Positions 16,670 to 27,158 are shown, counted from the first letter of the stretch. The stretch is 64,000 bases of DNA from Thermoproteota archaeon (GCA_027492035.1 JAOZFT010000004.1:352001-416000); one strand, 5' to 3'. Notes: generated by a model not told the origin, from the letters alone. A program made the numbers and translations.

Positions 16670-18052
16670 TTGCCTTTGAATAAAGGTGATCTTTTGATAA
16701 AGAAACTCAAGCTTTTACATGTTTCCTTTTTCTTTTTAATGCCTCTCTGTCTAGTTCTTTTTATGGCTTCATCAATGGAACCTATCTATTCCCAAGCATC
16801 TCCGCAAAACATTGTACTGATTAAATTCACTTCTGGAAATAGTTATAAAGGAACACTTTACTATTATACAGAGAAACCTGAATCTCTCACTAAGCCTTTT
16901 TGGGAGCGGGTTTTAGAGTATCATTACTTGCATGCAAATGAAACATTAAATGGGGTGTTTCTGAAACTGGTAAACGTAACAGAAATAACAATTGTTTATT
17001 CACCTACCCCTCACGTAATAGTTTCATGGATTGCTTCAAACGGTTTAAATGTAACCCCTTCTGTTATTAAATGGAAACTAGGAACAAAAATACCTAGCTT
17101 AATGTCACTGCTCTCTTTAACTGAAGTATATCTTCCCCAAGAATACATACCTCTTAAACTGAATTTTTCCGCTGAAACCCAACCTGTGTTGTCTGAAAAC
17201 AATACTTACCTTGTTAAGCTAAGTTGGGAAAAGGGGGTGCCGTTCACTCCTACAGCAAAGGCTTGTTTCGAGTTTATCAAAAGCTTAATTCTTCCTTCAT
17301 TAAATGTCACAGCTTCCCAGAAAGAATTTCTCCTTCACTTCTCTTTCTTCAAATTATTTAAATGCGAAAAACAGGTCCTTCTACATTTAACATTAACCAG
17401 TTTCGCACCCTCCTACAAAGTATATTCCACAACTCTTTATTTGCCATGTGATACAGGTCAACCTTCTAAATGGGTTGTGAAAACATTTCCTGTAAAGGAA
17501 CTTAACTTAAGCTTAGAACTTAACTACACCTGGGGTGGTGAAAAATACCACATAACTAAGAAATTTTTTCAAAGGGTTAAAGTAAACCTTCCACCTTACC
17601 TCACAGCTACTTTGACACCTAGCGTGATAAATGCTGAATCCCATTCGACAGTCTCTCTTATACTTAAAATTAAAAATGAAGGTTTAAGCGAAGCCAAATC
17701 AATTGATTTACAGCCTGTTCTACCTTCAGAAATAACTATTACCTACGGTACATCCCCTAAAACTAATTTGGGAGTTAATGAATCATCAACAGTTCCAATT
17801 AACTTACATCTTCCAGGTGAAGGAGTGTACAGTTTCTCAGTGAACGTAACTTACTTGGATAATATGAACAATCAATACTCTGTTGAATCTAACCAAGTAG
17901 TTTTGAATGTAACGTCTAGGTCTTTCATAAAATCCTTGCTAAACATGTTTTCAACCCTAAAAACTCTATTAGTTTTGCTTCTTTTGTTAATTGCAGCTAT
18001 AATAGGTATTTACTTTTACAAAAAAGTGAAGGGGAAGCCTAAGCTGGGTTGA
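16670..18052 (+). CDS. Cell-surface protein with one clear Ig-like (CARDB-type) domain, C-terminal TM and tail ending KLG
   Basis: Signal or TM N-terminus; 'LKIKNEGLSEAKSI', 'VTYLDNMNN'; TM 'LLVLLLLLIAAIIGIYFY'. Confidence 0.65.
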   Translation: MPLNKGDLLIKKLKLLHVSFFFLMPLCLVLFMASSMEPIYSQASPQNIVLIKFTSGNSYKGTLYYYTEKPESLTKPFWERVLEYHYLHANETLNGVFLKLVNVTEITIVYSPTPHVIVSWIASNGLNVTPSVIKWKLGTKIPSLMSLLSLTEVYLPQEYIPLKLNFSAETQPVLSENNTYLVKLSWEKGVPFTPTAKACFEFIKSLILPSLNVTASQKEFLLHFSFFKLFKCEKQVLLHLTLTSFAPSYKVYSTTLYLPCDTGQPSKWVVKTFPVKELNLSLELNYTWGGEKYHITKKFFQRVKVNLPPYLTATLTPSVINAESHSTVSLILKIKNEGLSEAKSIDLQPVLPSEITITYGTSPKTNLGVNESSTVPINLHLPGEGVYSFSVNVTYLDNMNNQYSVESNQVVLNVTSRSFIKSLLNMFSTLKTLLVLLLLLIAAIIGIYFYKKVKGKPKLG

Positions 18053-18070
18053 AAACAGAGGAGTCCCTAA

Positions 18071-19837
18071 TTGATCAGAGTTGCTGTCCTTCACAGAGAA
18101 CTTTGCAAACCTGAGAAATGTGGTAGAGAGTGCATAAAATATTGTCCAGATGTAAGAATAGGCAAGAAAACCATTGAATTCACAGACAAATATCCAGTAA
18201 TCTCTGAAATTTTATGTTCAGGATGCGGTATATGTGTAAAAAAATGTCCATTCTCAGCTATTTCAATAGTTAACTTACCTGATGAACTAGAAACTCAATG
18301 TGTTCACTGCTTCGGTGAAAACATGTTTAAGCTTTACCGTTTACCAGTAATAAAGAAAGGTGCAGTTACTGGGTTAGTGGGTCAAAACGCTACAGGTAAA
18401 ACTACAGCCTTAAAAATTCTTTCAGGCAAAATTAAACCTAATCTATGTGATTTAGAAAAGGGGGCAAGTAATGAAGACATAATCAACTTTTTCAGAGGAA
18501 GTGAACTGCAAAGTTATTTCCAAAAACTTTACAGAGAAGGCAAAGTTTCCCTTAAGCCACAATATATTTCGGATATCCCGAAAACGTTCAAAGGAACTGT
18601 TTTGGAACTGCTTAAAAAATTCAATGAAAGAAAATGCTTAGATAAAGTGGTGGAAGAATTTGAACTAGGAGAAGTCTTGGATAGGAAAATAAGTGTTTTA
18701 AGCGGTGGAGAGCTTCAGAAAGTAGCTATAGCAGTCTCTTTTTTGAGGAACGTTGATATTTACTTGTTTGATGAACCAAGTAGTTACCTAGATGTGAAAG
18801 AAAGGTTTAATGCAGCTAAAAAAATAAAGAAACTGGCGGGTGAAAACAAAAGCGTAGTTGTTGTGGAACACGACCTTTCAATCCTCGATTACCTAAGCGA
18901 TTACATTTGTATATTTTACGGTAAACCAAACGTTTACGGAATAGTTTCTAATGTACATTCATCACGCACTGGTTTAAACATTTACTTGCACGGTTTTATT
19001 CCTGACGAAAACATAAGATTTAGAAGAGAGAAAGTAATCTTCTCTAAGAAAAGCTGGAAAGTTGAAGAAACTGGAAAGAAAGTGCTTGTTGAATACACGA
19101 ACTTAAAGAAAAAACTAGGTTCTTTTGGACTTAAAGTGAACAATGGAAGTTTTTTTGAGGGGGAAGTAATAGGGGTTATGGGTAGAAACGCTACTGGTAA
19201 AACAACTTTCTTGAAAATACTTGCAGGCTTAATTAAGCAAGATGAGGGGGAAGTAAAAGGGAACATAAAGGTAAGCTATAAACCTCAATACTTAAAGGCT
19301 GAAAGTGAAGATACTGTTCAAGTCTTCCTTAAGGAAACGTTAGGGAGGGAATTTAGATCTAAAACTTTCCATGACCAAGCAATTATCCCTTTAAACCTGG
19401 AGAAACTGTTTGACTTTAAATTATCTGAGTTAAGCGGTGGAGAGCTTCAGAAAGTAGCTGTTGTCGCGGCTTTATTTAGAGAAGTAGATGTTGTGCTTTT
19501 AGATGAGCCAAGTGCTTACCTTGATTCAGAAATCCGTTTAAAGTTAGCGAAAACAGTTAGAAAAATTATTGAAAACAGCCGTAAAGCAGCAGTGGTGATT
19601 GACCATGACATCCTGTTCCTTGACTCAATTAGCGACCGATTAATTGTCTTTTCAGGTATACCTGCCAGGCGAGGAGTTGCTTCTTCGCCTCTGCCTTTAG
19701 AAGAAGGAATGAATAAATTTCTTGCCTCCCTTGAAATAACTTTTCGGAGAGATTTGGATACTAACAGGCCTAGAATAAACAAACCAGGGAGTAAACTGGA
19801 CAGGTTGCAAAAGAAGCAAGGTAGGTATTACTACTAA
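18071..19837 (+). CDS. ABCE1/Rli1 ribosome recycling ATPase
   Basis: N-terminal Fe-S cysteines; two Walker A motifs 'NATGKTT'; 'LSGGELQ' twice; 'YYY' C-terminus. Confidence 0.97.
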   Translation: MIRVAVLHRELCKPEKCGRECIKYCPDVRIGKKTIEFTDKYPVISEILCSGCGICVKKCPFSAISIVNLPDELETQCVHCFGENMFKLYRLPVIKKGAVTGLVGQNATGKTTALKILSGKIKPNLCDLEKGASNEDIINFFRGSELQSYFQKLYREGKVSLKPQYISDIPKTFKGTVLELLKKFNERKCLDKVVEEFELGEVLDRKISVLSGGELQKVAIAVSFLRNVDIYLFDEPSSYLDVKERFNAAKKIKKLAGENKSVVVVEHDLSILDYLSDYICIFYGKPNVYGIVSNVHSSRTGLNIYLHGFIPDENIRFRREKVIFSKKSWKVEETGKKVLVEYTNLKKKLGSFGLKVNNGSFFEGEVIGVMGRNATGKTTFLKILAGLIKQDEGEVKGNIKVSYKPQYLKAESEDTVQVFLKETLGREFRSKTFHDQAIIPLNLEKLFDFKLSELSGGELQKVAVVAALFREVDVVLLDEPSAYLDSEIRLKLAKTVRKIIENSRKAAVVIDHDILFLDSISDRLIVFSGIPARRGVASSPLPLEEGMNKFLASLEITFRRDLDTNRPRINKPGSKLDRLQKKQGRYYY

Positions 19838-19978
19838 ACCGGAAAATTTTTTAAGGAAAAAGGGGGGACTCTCAAAAAAGGGGAACCTTTTAAGGAAAAA
19901 AGAAACCTTATTTCCAGCTAAAATTTTGGAAAGAGAGAAAAGATTTTATTGTTTTCATAAAGCCAATAAAAACGAAGG

Positions 19979-20170
19979 TTGAAAAAGATGAGTAAATGGA
20001 TCCTTTTAATGATTGGGTTAATAATCTTAGGGTCTGCATTTACCTCCTACTTTTTACTCTTATTCACTGAAGACATAGCTAAACAAATATTCTATTTCGG
20101 GTTGTTTATAATAGGTTTAGTGGTGGGGTTAGGTTTTTCGATATATGCTTTACACAAGGAAGAGTACTGA
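19979..20170 (+). CDS. Small two-TM membrane protein
   Basis: Two hydrophobic segments in 63 aa; possible promoter upstream. Confidence 0.5.
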   Translation: MKKMSKWILLMIGLIILGSAFTSYFLLLFTEDIAKQIFYFGLFIIGLVVGLGFSIYALHKEEY

Positions 20171-20196
20171 AGGTTTCTTCTTGAAGCCACTGCCCT

Positions 20197-20967
20197 TTAA
20201 AAAACCTTAATCAAACTATGTAAAGTAACTATTTCCTCTATTTTTAAGAAAGCAGCGGAATAAATCATTACCGCCAACGCTATACCCATCCCTATGGAGA
20301 ATAAGTAATCCAATTTGCTAAATTTTAATTTCTTTGAATATGTTCTTTTGTTACTGGCGCCGAAAGCTCTTGATTCAAGGGATTCTGCCAACTCTAAACT
20401 TCTTTGAACAGCGTTTACAATTAAAGGTATAAGGATAGGGATGTAGTTTTTTATTCTTTTAAGAAAACCCCCTTTATCAAGTTCAAGTCCCCTTGACCTC
20501 TGTGCATCAATTATTTCTTGAGCTTCTAAAGCAATTGTTGGAATAAATCTGGAGGCGGTTTCTAAAGCGAATGATAAACTGTACGGTAACTTGAAATAGT
20601 TAAAAATTAGCCCTAAATCTTCAGGAGGTGTTGAAGCAAAGAAAATAGAGGAAGAAACCATAAGAACCAAAAAACGTAAACCCATACCCAGTGACACATC
20701 AACGTCGCTGTAATAAAAATAATTTATTACAACAATTAAGGATGTGAAAATTAAGCTTCCTTTAACCATATCCTTAATTTTCTCTTTAAATCCAGAAATT
20801 AAACCTATCAAAACTAGGGAAGTGAAAAGGATAATTTGAATGATCATTCGGTTAAAGAGAAGCGTGGAAACCCAAAAGAAAGTAAGAAAAATAATTTTTG
20901 TGCGTGGGTCAAGTTTTGAAAATGTTTTAGTTTCTGGTTCGAAAAGGAAGGCTTTAACAAATGACAT
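20197..20967 (-). CDS. ecfT: ECF transporter transmembrane subunit EcfT
   Basis: 'LDPRTK', 'AQRSRG', 'ESRAF'. Confidence 0.93.
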   Translation of the reverse strand: MSFVKAFLFEPETKTFSKLDPRTKIIFLTFFWVSTLLFNRMIIQIILFTSLVLIGLISGFKEKIKDMVKGSLIFTSLIVVINYFYYSDVDVSLGMGLRFLVLMVSSSIFFASTPPEDLGLIFNYFKLPYSLSFALETASRFIPTIALEAQEIIDAQRSRGLELDKGGFLKRIKNYIPILIPLIVNAVQRSLELAESLESRAFGASNKRTYSKKLKFSKLDYLFSIGMGIALAVMIYSAAFLKIEEIVTLHSLIKVF

Positions 20968-20976
20968 CTCCCCTCC

Positions 20977-21798
20977 TTACCCCCTGACTCCATTTATGAA
21001 TTTGCGGCCCAAATCTTCCACATTATTTACCCAAACAGGCCTCCCAAATACTTTAGTGGATATTTCAATTAGTTGAGGGAAAAGTAAAGATGCCTTGTTA
21101 AGTATTTCCTCTTGACAAAGAATATCTTCTCTGTTCCCTTCAGCTATTTTTATTCCGTTATGTAGCACCACTACTCTGCATGGGATATCCATTAAAAAAT
21201 CTAAATCGTGAGTAACTATCAAAACAGTTTTTCCCTCATTTTTCAGCCTCTTAATTAAATCAACTAATTTAAGGCGTTGTAAGTAATCTTGCCCTATTGT
21301 TGGTTCATCAAGAACCAAAATTTTTGGGTCCATAGCAACTACAGAGGCTATAGTTAACTTTTTCTTCTCTCCCCCACTTAAACTGTGAGGCGAAGTTGTT
21401 CTATAAACTTCTAGTTCGAATTCTTTCAAGATTCTGTCTACTACCTCATTTCTAGCTCTTTCATCTAGTCCCAAGTTTTCTAATCCGAAATTTATCTCTT
21501 TTTCGACTGTTTCAGCAAAAATTTGATGATCAGGGTTTTGGAAAACTAGTCCGACGATTTTGGAGAGTTCAGCTACAGAATGTTTCTCCGTATCTTTTCC
21601 ATATATGAACACTTTCCCTTTTGTCGGCTTTAAAAGCCCATTTAAATGTTTAATAAGCGTGGTTTTTCCAGCCCCATTAGAACCTATTATTGCTAATATT
21701 TCCCCCTCTTCAACCTCTAAATTTAACCCTTTAATTACTTCCCCTCCAAAAGAATATTTAAAATGTAAATTTATGACTTGGATAACTTTTCCCGGCAT
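20977..21798 (-). CDS. ECF transporter ATPase (EcfA')
   Basis: 'GSNGAGKT', 'FQNPDHQ', 'LSGGE', 'LDEPT'. Confidence 0.93.
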   Translation of the reverse strand: MPGKVIQVINLHFKYSFGGEVIKGLNLEVEEGEILAIIGSNGAGKTTLIKHLNGLLKPTKGKVFIYGKDTEKHSVAELSKIVGLVFQNPDHQIFAETVEKEINFGLENLGLDERARNEVVDRILKEFELEVYRTTSPHSLSGGEKKKLTIASVVAMDPKILVLDEPTIGQDYLQRLKLVDLIKRLKNEGKTVLIVTHDLDFLMDIPCRVVVLHNGIKIAEGNREDILCQEEILNKASLLFPQLIEISTKVFGRPVWVNNVEDLGRKFINGVRG

Positions 21799-22636
21799 CG
21801 TTGCTTCCTCTTAACAACTTAAAAGTTTCTTCTGCAGTAAGGGGTACAGTTGAGATGGGTTTCCAATTTAACGTTAGAAACTTATAAAGTTTCACGGGGA
21901 AGGGAACGAAAACACCAACCTCCTCTATTATTTCCTTCAGAAAAACTTCCCTCGGTGAGCCTTCAGAAATTTTTTCTCCCTTACTCATTACAACAACCCT
22001 GTTTGCATACCTTGCAGCGTAATATGTCCTATGCTCCACTAAAATAATTGTTTTTCCCTTCTCTTTATTGATAATATGAAGCAAATCAATTATTTTTCTT
22101 GCGTTGAATGGGTCTAGATTTGCTGTTGGTTCATCTAAAACTAGAATGTCCGGGTTCATTGCTAAAATAGCTGCTATTATAACTTTCTGTTTTTCTCCTC
22201 CTGAAAGTGCGTAGGGGGGTTTATCTTTGATCTTTTCAAGGTTGAACTCTTTTATGGTTTCCCTAACAATTCCCCTTATTTCTTCCTCGGCAAGTCCTAG
22301 GTTTTCAAGTCCAAAAGATATTTCCCTTTCCACATTGAGTGTTATGAATTGATTGTCAGGATTTTGGAAAACTAAACCCACTTTTTGAGCTAGTTCAGAT
22401 GTTTTTACGTCTTTTGTGTTTACCCCTTCCACGTAAACGTCTCCTGTCATGTCTCCTTCGTAAAAATGGGGGATTAATCCATTCATCGTCCTTAGCAACG
22501 TTGTTTTCCCGCATCCAGTTGGTCCAATTATTAAAACAAAATCTCCTCTTTTTACTTTCAAATCTATGTTTTTTAAACTGGGCTTCTTGCTGCCTTTATA
22601 TTTGAAAGTAACATTTCTTACTTCAATTTGTTCCAT
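21758..22636 (-). CDS. ECF transporter ATPase (EcfA)
   Basis: 'GPTGCGKT', 'FQNPDNQ', 'LSGGEKQ'. Confidence 0.93.
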   Translation of the reverse strand: MEQIEVRNVTFKYKGSKKPSLKNIDLKVKRGDFVLIIGPTGCGKTTLLRTMNGLIPHFYEGDMTGDVYVEGVNTKDVKTSELAQKVGLVFQNPDNQFITLNVEREISFGLENLGLAEEEIRGIVRETIKEFNLEKIKDKPPYALSGGEKQKVIIAAILAMNPDILVLDEPTANLDPFNARKIIDLLHIINKEKGKTIILVEHRTYYAARYANRVVVMSKGEKISEGSPREVFLKEIIEEVGVFVPFPVKLYKFLTLNWKPISTVPLTAEETFKLLRGSNDAGKSYPSHKFTF

Positions 22637-22667
22637 TTCCTTCCACAGACTTGTCTTTTTTCAGTTC

Positions 22668-23054
22668 TTAAACAGGTTGAGGAGTTCTCATTCTCCTTTG
22701 CTCAGCCATTATTCTTTCTTCTAACTGTTTTATTCGTGTCTGTAATTTTTTTATTACTGACTCGTTTTCTTTGTGTCGGATTTTTAAGGCATGTATGCGG
22801 TCTTTTAACTCGTTTATAGTTTCCTCCTTCCCTTTCTTAACCATTATGTTTCCCACCACCTTATACACTGAACCTCCCTCTTCTAAGTTTTCGGTTTCCT
22901 CTATTGCGTTTTCAGTTTCCTTTATTTCCCTTTCAAGTTGAATCTTTGAAATTAACGCGTTTTCAAGTAGGTTCCTATTTTTCTCCAATTCGATAATTAA
23001 CTCCCTTAAAACCTGTGAAGCACTACCTTTATTTACTTGGTTAGGAATTGGCAT
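22668..23054 (-). CDS. pfdB: Prefoldin beta subunit
   Basis: 'VYKVVGNIMVK' hairpin between coiled coils. Confidence 0.92.
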   Translation of the reverse strand: MPIPNQVNKGSASQVLRELIIELEKNRNLLENALISKIQLEREIKETENAIEETENLEEGGSVYKVVGNIMVKKGKEETINELKDRIHALKIRHKENESVIKKLQTRIKQLEERIMAEQRRMRTPQPV

Positions 23055-23325
23055 TTAATTCATCCTCTATAACTTCCAAACAACTGTAAACAGTGTATAT
23101 GTACCTTAAAAAGGATAATGTGAAAGTTTGAAGCGAAACTAAATCCTTGGCTTCTACTCTCAAGAAAAATTTATTTTTCCTCTTCATTAATTTCACTTGA
23201 GCTCTTTTTGACCTATCAATATCTCCCTCTACGTTTAAAACTTCAAAAATGAGGGATATAATTTCCTCTTTATCAACGACTTCTATTTCACTGAAAAAAT
23301 TAGGTTTCATTTTTTCTTTTTCCAT
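23041..23325 (-). CDS. pcc1: KEOPS subunit Pcc1
   Basis: 'LRVEAKDLVSLQ...SFLRY'; position between Brix and prefoldin beta. Confidence 0.8.
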   Translation of the reverse strand: MEKEKMKPNFFSEIEVVDKEEIISLIFEVLNVEGDIDRSKRAQVKLMKRKNKFFLRVEAKDLVSLQTFTLSFLRYIYTVYSCLEVIEDELNANS

Positions 23326-23885
23326 TGAAGAATACCTTTAATTTTTATCCTAGGCCCTATCTCCTTTAAGGTTTCACTATCGTGAAAACTAATTCTAACC
23401 TCTGCATCCTTTTTCACTAATAAACATGACGTTCTAAAATCTAAATTTTTCAGTTCAGTTAATGACTCAATTACTTTGTAGGGTATATTAAAAGCTGTTG
23501 AAATAAGATTTAACTCCTCAAATAAACCCTGTTTTTTAAAGGAAAAAAGTAAAAAAGATTCAATCTCTTCTTTATCAATTTGAATTCTTCTACTAACAGG
23601 GATTTCCCTGTAAAGCTGAACTCCCTTCACTAAAATGGTGAAGGGTAAATAAGACAATTCTCCATTGCATAGTTTTAAGAAGTTTATTTTGCCAGGGTTC
23701 CCTTTGTACTTGCTTATAACCATTACACGCGATAAACCATATTTATAACTTAATTCAGTTAAGTCCTTAATTCCCTTTTTTCCTCTTGAAACCCTCACTG
23801 AAAAAGGGATTGCTTTGTTCAGGTCTTTGGTGAAGGAGCGAATTCTTCTAGTGGGGTAACGGGAAGTAGTAATTATGCAAACCAT
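23307..23885 (-). CDS. Brix/Imp4 domain ribosome biogenesis protein
   Basis: 'ITTSRYPTRRIRSF', 'RGK', 'GNPG', 'EIGPR'. Confidence 0.9.
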   Translation of the reverse strand: MVCIITTSRYPTRRIRSFTKDLNKAIPFSVRVSRGKKGIKDLTELSYKYGLSRVMVISKYKGNPGKINFLKLCNGELSYLPFTILVKGVQLYREIPVSRRIQIDKEEIESFLLFSFKKQGLFEELNLISTAFNIPYKVIESLTELKNLDFRTSCLLVKKDAEVRISFHDSETLKEIGPRIKIKGILQWKKKK

Positions 23886-23934
23886 GATCAGCTTTCTCTC
23901 GACAACACTTCCCTAAAGGAGAAAGAAAAATTCT

Positions 23935-24159
23935 CTATACTTCAGGGTTATAAGCTTCACCTGCAAAGGTGAAGTTGCATTTAGGGCATTTCCATATTCC
24001 TAAGGAGACTTTCTTCATTTTTGTTTTTTTTCCACAATTTGGGCACTCATATTTCTTTGTTTTGTACCTTAAAACCACTTCTCCATATTTTCTCCTCAGT
24101 TTAAACCCGTATCTTGGTCCAAAAGATTTTGTTATCCTTGAGCTTGATTTCTTTTTCAC
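23935..24159 (-). CDS. rpl37ae: 50S ribosomal protein L37Ae
   Basis: 'FGPRYG', CPxC...'GIWKCPKC'. Confidence 0.95.
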   Translation of the reverse strand: MKKKSSSRITKSFGPRYGFKLRRKYGEVVLRYKTKKYECPNCGKKTKMKKVSLGIWKCPKCNFTFAGEAYNPEV

Positions 24160-24968
24160 TATTCATCCCCTCCCTTGGTAATTTCCAGTATTTCCTCCCT
24201 AATTTTTTTAGATTTCTTTTCAGCTAATGAAATTGCTTCCTCTATTTCTCGTTCCGTGAATAAGCCCATTACTTTCTGGATAGCGCAGATGTTGCCTTCC
24301 TCCTCAAAGGTTATGCAAATCTTTGCGTCTAATACGTTTTCTTCCTCTAAATTCGGGTCGATCAGCAGTTTATCTCCTATTTTACCTACTGTAACAGGGA
24401 TAGGGACTCTTTCAATGGGTAGGGGAGCCCATTCGTCAATTACTTCTATTTTCTCTTCATTAATTACTGCTTTAGGCATCTTCGCAGTTAAAAGAGCAGT
24501 GATTGCACCATAAGCTGATGCATCGATTAGGTTTCCGTCATGATCCAAAACATGGATATCTATAAAAACTATCCACACCGTTTCCCCTTCTTTCACCACT
24601 AACTTGCTTAGATTGATCGCTTCTGATTCCCTTATTCCCCTATCAACGAATCTAGCTAATTCTACTGAGTTTTCATCCGGTGGCCCTGGCTCAAATTCGG
24701 GAGAAGCTAAAGGAACAAGTTCAGCATTGGTTATTAAAACCCCTTTGTCCGGAGTATCTTTGAAAGGTTCCCCTAAATCTAGTTTCACACCTACAAGTAC
24801 TTTCGTTTTTCCAAGCTGAACCATTGCTGACCCTTCGGCCTTTGAAATAAAATTAGGGGTTATTTCGAGGTTTCTGTACTGATTCAATTTTCTCCCATCT
24901 ATTCTTTTGTTTTTCTCTGCTAAATTTCTAATATATACCTTTTGCAAGGTGGCAGCTATTCCTGACAT
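24159..24968 (-). CDS. rrp42: Exosome subunit Rrp42
   Basis: 'RIDGR', 'FEPGPP', 'DHDGNLIDA'. Confidence 0.96.
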   Translation of the reverse strand: MSGIAATLQKVYIRNLAEKNKRIDGRKLNQYRNLEITPNFISKAEGSAMVQLGKTKVLVGVKLDLGEPFKDTPDKGVLITNAELVPLASPEFEPGPPDENSVELARFVDRGIRESEAINLSKLVVKEGETVWIVFIDIHVLDHDGNLIDASAYGAITALLTAKMPKAVINEEKIEVIDEWAPLPIERVPIPVTVGKIGDKLLIDPNLEEENVLDAKICITFEEEGNICAIQKVMGLFTEREIEEAISLAEKKSKKIREEILEITKGGDE

Positions 24969-24998
24969 TTTCTTTTAACACCTTTCTTTTCCTTTAAA

Positions 24999-25739
24999 TT
25001 AAATTTTATATCTTTCCAGCAGCGCCCTTTTCTGCATTTCGTAAATCTGTTGACAAGCTTCTATTGCCTTGCCTAAAGCTAGTCTCAGCTCTTGGGGAGT
25101 CATTTTTCCATCCATTTGGATAAGTGTTATTTCTTTTCTTCTAGGCATTATTGCTATAGGCAAATCAGCTTCTCCGTACATGTCTTCAGCTGAGTCCAGG
25201 TCTAAAACAATTTTGCCGTCTATTTTGCCAGCTGCTACAGCTGTTACCAGATCTTTCATAGGTAACCCTGAATCTGCTAATGCTAACGAGGCAGCAGTTA
25301 TTGACGCTACCCTAGTTCCACCCTCTGACTCCAAAACCTCTATAAATACATCTATTACTGTTTTCGGGAATTTCTCAAGCAGTAAAGCAGGTACTAAAGC
25401 TTCTCTTATAACCTTTGAAAGCTCTATTGACCTTCTATCTGGGCCTGGCTTCTTCCTTTCAGATGTTGAGAAGGCAGCCATGTTGTATCTGCATCTTAAC
25501 CTAGCTTGGGTTGGAATAGCCATGTGTTTAGGATGTATCTCCCTAGGCCCGTAAACAGCTACTATTATTTTATTTTTTCCCCATTCAATAAATGCTGATC
25601 CATCCGCGTTTTCTAATATCCCTACTTTCATTTTTATTGGCCGTAATTCAAATAAATCTCGGCCGCTTAGTCTTTTACCATCGTCTCTAAATAATTTTTC
25701 AGGTTTCTTCTCCAGCATATAGCTCATTTCTTCATTCAC
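24999..25739 (-). CDS. rrp41: Exosome subunit Rrp41
   Basis: 'ADGSA', 'VYGPRE', 'GGTRVA', 'QMDG'. Confidence 0.96.
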   Translation of the reverse strand: MNEEMSYMLEKKPEKLFRDDGKRLSGRDLFELRPIKMKVGILENADGSAFIEWGKNKIIVAVYGPREIHPKHMAIPTQARLRCRYNMAAFSTSERKKPGPDRRSIELSKVIREALVPALLLEKFPKTVIDVFIEVLESEGGTRVASITAASLALADSGLPMKDLVTAVAAGKIDGKIVLDLDSAEDMYGEADLPIAIMPRRKEITLIQMDGKMTPQELRLALGKAIEACQQIYEMQKRALLERYKI

Positions 25740-26443
25740 TTCATTTTCTCTTCTAAAAATGTATTTATTCTGTCAGTTAATCCTTTAATGTGGCTCTCCC
25801 TTTCAATCTTTTTCAAAGCCTCATAAACAATTAATTCTTTATTTGCGTCATTACAATTAACTAGAATAAATCCGTTCTTTCCAACAGTTACTTCACAATT
25901 GGTTTTCTTCATTATTAAACTTATCATTGACCCTTTTCTCCCAATCACTCTGGGAATTTTGGTTGGGTTTATAACTACAAGTCTGCCCCCTCTTTTCTTT
26001 CCTAAACCTGCACCTAAGGTTGTTAAGATAGGGTTTATTCCGTACTTAAAAATTTCAACTTTAGCAGCTATCAAATCTCCCACTTTGAACATTTTCTCTG
26101 TAATTATTTTTTCTGACTCGTTTCTTGTGGAGGTGGTTTTTGAAAATGGTAGAAGTGCTGTGTAGGGAGAATTAATGTCAACTACCCACGTCATAGGCAT
26201 TATATCCTTTATCACCCCTAAAACAACATCTCCTTCTTTAGGAAGATATTTCCCTTTTAAAGGTACAATCTCTACCTTATTATTTTCCACGTTTAAAAGC
26301 CCTATTCTTTCTGCGTAAATCTCCCCGTTTTCAATAAATAAGTTTTCATCTATTCTCCTTGCTTTCTGATTAATCTTCTGTCCAGGTATTACTATAACTC
26401 TGCTCTCTAACTCTATATTTTCTTTTAAAGTTTTTCTACTCAT
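25736..26443 (-). CDS. rrp4: Exosome subunit Rrp4
   Basis: S1 and KH domains; '[10 protein letters not shown]', 'GKNG'. Confidence 0.94.
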   Translation of the reverse strand: MSRKTLKENIELESRVIVIPGQKINQKARRIDENLFIENGEIYAERIGLLNVENNKVEIVPLKGKYLPKEGDVVLGVIKDIMPMTWVVDINSPYTALLPFSKTTSTRNESEKIITEKMFKVGDLIAAKVEIFKYGINPILTTLGAGLGKKRGGRLVVINPTKIPRVIGRKGSMISLIMKKTNCEVTVGKNGFILVNCNDANKELIVYEALKKIERESHIKGLTDRINTFLEEKMK

Positions 26444-27150
26444 TTCTCACTCACTTTAACAGATCCTAACGTTCTTTTACTTATTTCAGCTATGAACTCC
26501 CCTTTCAAGGCTGTGTTAATCTGTATCTCAACCAGTAATGAACCGTCATTTAACCATTTTTCTGAAATTATTTCTGTTGAATTTTTCAGGTAGCCGTAAC
26601 TTTTCCCTACATACTTTGCAGGGATTGACAATACCAAATTCTTTTTTTCAGTTTTTAAAGGAATAACCCTTTTTAATTGTGAAACAATTTGTTTAACTTG
26701 CTCCTCAGGTTGTTTAAACGGGTCTATTCTAACCTTCGCTTCCTTTAAAGCTAATTCCACCCTTAAAGGTGGGTGGGGTCTACCAGTGCGTGGATCAACA
26801 TAGCTCCGAGAAATTATGTCAATTATTCGTCTTCTTTTACCTTCAATCATTTCCTTTCTTTGTTTTTCAGTTAACTGTATGTTTCCTTCCTTTAGTATCT
26901 TGTCAGCTATTTCTTCAAAGTTCGATGTTCCAAAAAATTCTTTTAAGTCCGATTCGGGTGGCTTTTCCCCTTTTCTGGCATCTGAAAAAACTTCCCTATA
27001 CCTCACAACTGATGTAATATCTTTTATTTTCCCATTTTTGTAGGCGTAAGCCTTAACTGGATCAATTATTATCTCGAATTTTTTCCCTTCCCTTTGCAAT
27101 CTAGCTAAAGATATTTCGCTTCTTTTCATTTTTAATAAACATCTCTTCAT
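26440..27150 (-). CDS. Ribosome maturation protein SBDS/Sdo1
   Basis: 'FEI', 'DARKG', '[10 protein letters not shown]'. Confidence 0.95.
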   Translation of the reverse strand: MKRCLLKMKRSEISLARLQREGKKFEIIIDPVKAYAYKNGKIKDITSVVRYREVFSDARKGEKPPESDLKEFFGTSNFEEIADKILKEGNIQLTEKQRKEMIEGKRRRIIDIISRSYVDPRTGRPHPPLRVELALKEAKVRIDPFKQPEEQVKQIVSQLKRVIPLKTEKKNLVLSIPAKYVGKSYGYLKNSTEIISEKWLNDGSLLVEIQINTALKGEFIAEISKRTLGSVKVSEK

Positions 27151-27158
27151 GAACCTTT

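Noticed and set aside
19849-19900. TTTTAAGGAAAAA direct repeat, two copies
   Set aside because: It is short, low complexity and has only two units, so it is not CRISPR-like.
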